A stretch of DNA of 30,464 bases from a virus. Its lineage: Duplodnaviria; Caudoviricetes. Positions 26,649-30,464 of the stretch are shown in pieces. The notes beneath the pieces were generated by a model that ran no database searches, had not been told where the DNA came from, and saw nothing but the letters and a program-made list of their open reading frames with translations. The stretch spans positions 1 to 30,464 of the IMG/VR virus record IMGVR_UViG_3300029179_000020; one strand, given 5' to 3'. Every line of letters starts with the position of its first letter. The stretch's first letter is position 1. Position numbers and translations under genes: made by a program.

Positions 26649-28112
26649 GTGCTTAAATCAGAGGTCATAGAAAAAAGAAAGTTAGCCTTTAGCAGTGACA
26701 TACCAGAGCGCGAAAGATTTCGTTACCTGTGTCAGACAAACTTCTTAGTTTTTTCTAAATTTGTTTTTCCTCAATTCAGTCCTGCGCAAGTACATAAACG
26801 CATTACGGGACACCTTCAAAGCGTAGCTGACGGTGACGAACCTAAGACAACTCTTAGTCTGCCACCTCGCGCAGGGAAGTCTTTGCTAGCATCGCAGCTA
26901 TTTCCAGCGTTCATATTAGGTAGAAACCCTTCCAGCCATAGCATGATTGCTAGTTACGCGCTCAAGCTGTCTCGCGAAAACGCGATGAAGACTCTGCAAA
27001 TCATGACATCTGAGCGTTACAGGTTTGTTTTCCCAGAGCTAGAGCTAAAGAGCAATGAAATTGTCGAAACCATTAGGACTAGACAAGGTGGCGTTAGCAG
27101 AATTTTCTCTGCTGGCAGTAATTGTACAGGTTTTAGCTATGGGGCACTGAGTAAGGACGAGTTACCAGGTGTCGCTATTGTGGACGATTTACTCGCGAGC
27201 GGTGGAAGCCAAGCAGTTATGAACTCCACATTCTTGTGGTGTACGGAGCAGTTCCTCACAAGGCGTTTACCAAACAACGCTATTATGCTTGTGGGAACCA
27301 GATTCCATCAAAACGATGTCACGGGCAGGCTTACAAAAAGTGATGCTGGATTTAAAACCCTTAGCATACCTGCACTCTGCATTGATGAAGAAACAGATGT
27401 TCTAGGGCGGAAACTAGGGGAGTCATACTGGGCAGAGACCTATGATGAAAACTTCCTTGCGGAAATGCGATCGCAAGTAGGGGAAAACGTATTTCAAACT
27501 TTGTACCAGAGCAACCCCCAAGCCCTTAGCACTAACGTATTCAAACCAAACCACATCCAGTATTGGGAACAGCTACCTGTTTTCAAATATAGGTTTCTTT
27601 CCCTTGATACAGCCTTTAGCACGAAAGAAAGTGCAGACTATAGCGTAATATGTGCCTGGGGTGTGGGGGCAGATAATCAGTTATACTTGATTGATGTCGT
27701 GCAAAAACAAGCAGACTTTCCTGCACTACTCAACATGACGCGAGAGTTCGCGAGAGTACATAGAGCTAAATTGTTAGTCATAGAAGATAAAGCCAGCGGA
27801 CAAAGCTTAATACAGGTACTAAAAACAGAGGTTGGCTACCAAATAAAGCCTGTGAAACCAACCAAGGACAAGGTTACTAGAGCTAATGAGATTATACCGA
27901 CACTTGATAAAGCTGTTGTATGGCTACCCTCCTCTTTAAACTCTGCACTTGTAGACCAAATGTTGAATTTTCCTCAAACGCAACATGAAGATTTCGTAGA
28001 CAGTTTTGTATACGGCGTTAAGTTCTATATGGATTCAGGCTACATGAATCAAGCCACAAAAGTGAACTCTTATGGCTTGACACCTCGTCTAGGTGGTGCT
28101 AGGCGTTATTAG
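26649..28112 (+). CDS. terL: Terminase large subunit
   Basis: Walker A LPPRAGKS, Walker B IVDD, GTRFH..D, nuclease LDTA...DYS, IEDKASG, HEDFVD. Confidence 0.92.
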   Translation: MLKSEVIEKRKLAFSSDIPERERFRYLCQTNFLVFSKFVFPQFSPAQVHKRITGHLQSVADGDEPKTTLSLPPRAGKSLLASQLFPAFILGRNPSSHSMIASYALKLSRENAMKTLQIMTSERYRFVFPELELKSNEIVETIRTRQGGVSRIFSAGSNCTGFSYGALSKDELPGVAIVDDLLASGGSQAVMNSTFLWCTEQFLTRRLPNNAIMLVGTRFHQNDVTGRLTKSDAGFKTLSIPALCIDEETDVLGRKLGESYWAETYDENFLAEMRSQVGENVFQTLYQSNPQALSTNVFKPNHIQYWEQLPVFKYRFLSLDTAFSTKESADYSVICAWGVGADNQLYLIDVVQKQADFPALLNMTREFARVHRAKLLVIEDKASGQSLIQVLKTEVGYQIKPVKPTKDKVTRANEIIPTLDKAVVWLPSSLNSALVDQMLNFPQTQHEDFVDSFVYGVKFYMDSGYMNQATKVNSYGLTPRLGGARRY

Positions 28113-28209
28113 CCACCAGAGGCTTTTAATTCATCGCCCCCTATAAAAAATCGCCAGCACTATAGCGCTAGCGATTAAAGTCTACGACAAGTATTTATGC
28201 TTTGTCAAC

Positions 28210-29304
28210 CTACATGCACTTCTTTATTGCTTCAGCATAGGAAATGCCTTCTTTAGCTTGAATTTTCTTCGCTTTAGCGTGTAGCTTGCCTCTGTCATCG
28301 AGCGAAGCATCTTCGTCTTCCATTTGCTCACTGTAGCGCTTTTCAGAGAAATCAACTTTAGTTGGCAAGCTAGAGAGCAAGCCCTTGAACCAGTCGTGTG
28401 CGGTCTCGGTTCCTTCACTGAAGTCTTCACCAGACATGAGCTTGAGCATAACCATGAAATCAGCAATCTTACTAACGTCCATCGAAGGCAAGATGCGACC
28501 TTCGGATTGTAAGCCTTCACAGAAAGAAAGTGCTTCACCACGTAGTAATTGCGCTTGCTGAGCTTCGATAATCTTTTTAAGAGCAGCAATCTCAGCGTTT
28601 TCTTGTACTTCGGGCTTAACCTTAGCAACAGGTTCTTCCGCCTTAGCTTTGGCTTTCTTCTCCGCAAAATCCATCATGTCAACTTCCTCAACAACTGTTT
28701 CCTCAATAGCTTCGGAGAAATCAGCATCAAGCTCAGCTAGTAGCTCGTTTTCATCTAGCAAATCAATTTCCTCTACCGCTTGGTCAAGGTTTTGCTCTTC
28801 AGCAGTCTCAACTGCTTGCAATTCTTGGTTTTCCATAGTATTTTCTGTATTGAACGTTCCCTCTACTTTCGGGTTAGCGTCGCTGTCATCGAAAATAGGC
28901 TCACTGAATTCTGGTAAGTCCAATGTCAAACCCTTAACAGCAGGAATATGTACAGCCGCAATGTGTCGCAGTACAAGATTACCAGGAGAAGGATTCACAG
29001 GAGAGTTAGCCCCATAGAAACCGCTTGAGATGCGTCTCCATCTGCCCGCTGCCATATCCGCCAACATATCACCCGTAAATTTCACATCAGCCCAGAGGCT
29101 TAAACCGTTGCGCCAAACTCTTTTAACCCAACCTCTCGCGGGCTGTGTGTCATCGTGGGATACGATAAAAGGAACAGTATCAGGTTGAAAGTTTTCCACG
29201 ACTTGCTGCAAGTCTGACTCACTATAGTAACGTTCATTACCTGCGGAGTCTATTTGTATGCCACCTCGAAAGATTTCAAGTTTTTTTGTTAGAGATAGAG
29301 TCAT
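28210..29304 (-). CDS. Prohead protease/scaffold, Mu I (gp32)-like
   Basis: LEIFRGG, VSHD..PARGWV, RRISSGFY, LRHIAAV..PAVKGL; acidic scaffold ending ISYAEA; ATG 29304 lies downstream of the AAAGTA box (29331-29336). Confidence 0.85.
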   Translation of the reverse strand: MTLSLTKKLEIFRGGIQIDSAGNERYYSESDLQQVVENFQPDTVPFIVSHDDTQPARGWVKRVWRNGLSLWADVKFTGDMLADMAAGRWRRISSGFYGANSPVNPSPGNLVLRHIAAVHIPAVKGLTLDLPEFSEPIFDDSDANPKVEGTFNTENTMENQELQAVETAEEQNLDQAVEEIDLLDENELLAELDADFSEAIEETVVEEVDMMDFAEKKAKAKAEEPVAKVKPEVQENAEIAALKKIIEAQQAQLLRGEALSFCEGLQSEGRILPSMDVSKIADFMVMLKLMSGEDFSEGTETAHDWFKGLLSSLPTKVDFSEKRYSEQMEDEDASLDDRGKLHAKAKKIQAKEGISYAEAIKKCM

Positions 29305-29320
29305 ATGTGAAAACAAGTAA

Positions 29321-29349
29321 AGCGACACTATACTTTCGTAGGTGTCGCT
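29321..29349. promoter_or_regulatory. AGCGAC hairpin enclosing the AAAGTA box of the protease gene
   Basis: AGCGACACTA-TACTTT-CG-TAGGTGTCGCT. Confidence 0.6.
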
Positions 29350-29356
29350 CACGGTG

Positions 29357-29545
29357 TTATCTGTTCTTTTTGTTACTGTACTTAACCACAGGAGTGTATA
29401 AAGCCAATTCCACAGCCCAGCCGTTGTTTAACCTGCTGGCTAAGGTTGCTCGACCTATGCCCACTTCCCTCGACCACTGTAATAGGGTTTGGGTTTTACC
29501 CTTACAAGTTATTCTTCGGTTGTTTCGTTTATTGCTCTGTTGCTC
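29357..29545 (-). pseudogene. C-terminal remnant of an HNH endonuclease
   Basis: EQQSNKRNNRRIT.KGKTQTL.QW...RATLASRL..GW.VE.AL matches the C-term of 22981..23613. Confidence 0.7.
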
Positions 29546-29585
29546 AAAAGACGTAATCCAACAAAGTAAAGAGCAAGCAGTAAGA

Positions 29586-30419
29586 ATGAACATGAAAGTA
29601 ATATCTTTGTTTGACGGTATAGGTGTTGGCAGATTGGCGCTAGAACAATGTAGGATTAAAGTGGACAGCTACATAGCTTATGAAATACATAGCCCCAGTA
29701 TTAGTGTCGCTAAAAATAATTTTCCTGATATTCACCACAAGGGAGATGTTCTAGGGTTTGATTACGACGATGCTAAAGATGTCGATTTGCTCCTGTTTGG
29801 GGCACCCTGCCAGGCGTTCTCGATTGCGGGGGGTCAGTTAGGTTTTAATGATGAACGCGGCAAATTGTTTTTAAAGGCTCTAGAAATTTATCACAAGGTT
29901 AAACCACGCTTTGTTTTAGCAGAGAACGTCGTAATGCGTCGCGAATCCCAAGACTACATTAGCGAGCAAATGGGCGTAGAACCCATTAAAATTAACTCTC
30001 TAGATTACGTCGCTCAAAGCCGACCGAGATTATATTGGACAAACATTCCTTACGCTTATACTGGCAGACCTTTGCACTCGCTAGGTTTTAACGAAATTAC
30101 AGGTGGCTACCCTGTTGCATATAGGGGCTATAAGCTTGATAACAAATGGGTTCCGCATCTTGACCCCTCACGCGGTGACTATTGTGGAACTTTGACCTTG
30201 GCAGGTATGACAGCTATGGTTAGTAGACAAAAACTTCAGAAGCGCTCGTTGGCAAAAAATAACTTGTGGCGAAAACTAACGGGACTTGAGAGTGAGCTAT
30301 TGCAAGGTTTGCCTGTGGGCTATACAAATTCTATCAGCAGCAACAACGAAAGACGTAAGGTCTGTGCCAATTCTTGGACGCTCCCAGTTATAAACGACAT
30401 CTTACGAAACCTTCCCTAA
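29586..30419 (+). CDS. DNA (cytosine-5)-methyltransferase
   Basis: Motif I SLFDGIG, IV GAPCQ, VI ENV, VIII QSRPR; start 29586 or 29592; AAAGTA box at 29563-29568. Confidence 0.92.
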   Translation: MNMKVISLFDGIGVGRLALEQCRIKVDSYIAYEIHSPSISVAKNNFPDIHHKGDVLGFDYDDAKDVDLLLFGAPCQAFSIAGGQLGFNDERGKLFLKALEIYHKVKPRFVLAENVVMRRESQDYISEQMGVEPIKINSLDYVAQSRPRLYWTNIPYAYTGRPLHSLGFNEITGGYPVAYRGYKLDNKWVPHLDPSRGDYCGTLTLAGMTAMVSRQKLQKRSLAKNNLWRKLTGLESELLQGLPVGYTNSISSNNERRKVCANSWTLPVINDILRNLP

Positions 30420-30436
30420 GAAAAACGCAGGAGTAG

Positions 30437-30464
30437 ACACACACACACACACACACACACACAC
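30437..30464. repeat. (AC)14 microsatellite at window end
   Basis: Read directly; preceded by AGGAG. Confidence 0.95.

Noticed and set aside
904-29017. Nested and antisense ORFs in the track (e.g. 1836, 3596, 5531, 7311, 17789, 19021, 28224, 28649)
   Set aside because: They are shadow frames of well-supported genes, with no independent signals.
438-29349. CRISPR array or integron attC array from the AGCGAC hairpins
   Set aside because: Repeats are dispersed with no regular spacers, there are no GTTRRRY/RYYYAAC boxes, and no Cas or integrase gene.
29286-29585. 100-aa N-terminal extension of the methyltransferase and the 29352 protease start
   Set aside because: The extension overlaps the protease start and HNH remnant; motif I and the AAAGTA boxes point to starts at 29586/29592 and 29304.
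1-30464. Mu-type TG...CA transposon ends, telomeres or circular overlap
   Set aside because: No transposase is present and the same tracts occur internally; the ends are inverted rather than direct, so assembly breaks at microsatellites are the simplest explanation.

Overview
A ~30 kb fragment of a tailed phage genome, probably a siphovirus (1277-aa tape measure, tail tube, no sheath). A cyanobacterial host is inferred from a PEP-CTERM-like protein and from protein families I recall mainly from cyanobacteria. It has a Mu-like head module (DUF935-type portal, I-type protease/scaffold, gp36-like connector), a major capsid protein, large terminase, tail genes, HNH nucleases, a dNMP-kinase-like P-loop protein and a C5 DNA methyltransferase. 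No replication, integrase/transposase or lysis genes were recognised, and both ends stop in TG/CA microsatellites. Unusual points: (1) morphogenesis genes are scattered on both strands as near-monocistronic units, each with an AAAGTA box upstream and often bordered by AGCGAC...GTCGCT hairpins; (2) two late proteins share a ~24-aa four-Cys leader fused to different enzymes (GNAT; double ADP-ribosyltransferase), suggesting tagged virion-packaged effectors; (3) a GGGAAAG plus hairpin -1 frameshift reaches a start-less conserved-looking domain; (4) a ~285-nt structured ncRNA candidate and a ~58-nt anti-RBS sRNA candidate; (5) a palindromic operator/promoter class in front of small genes. All family calls are from visual motif recognition, not database searches.
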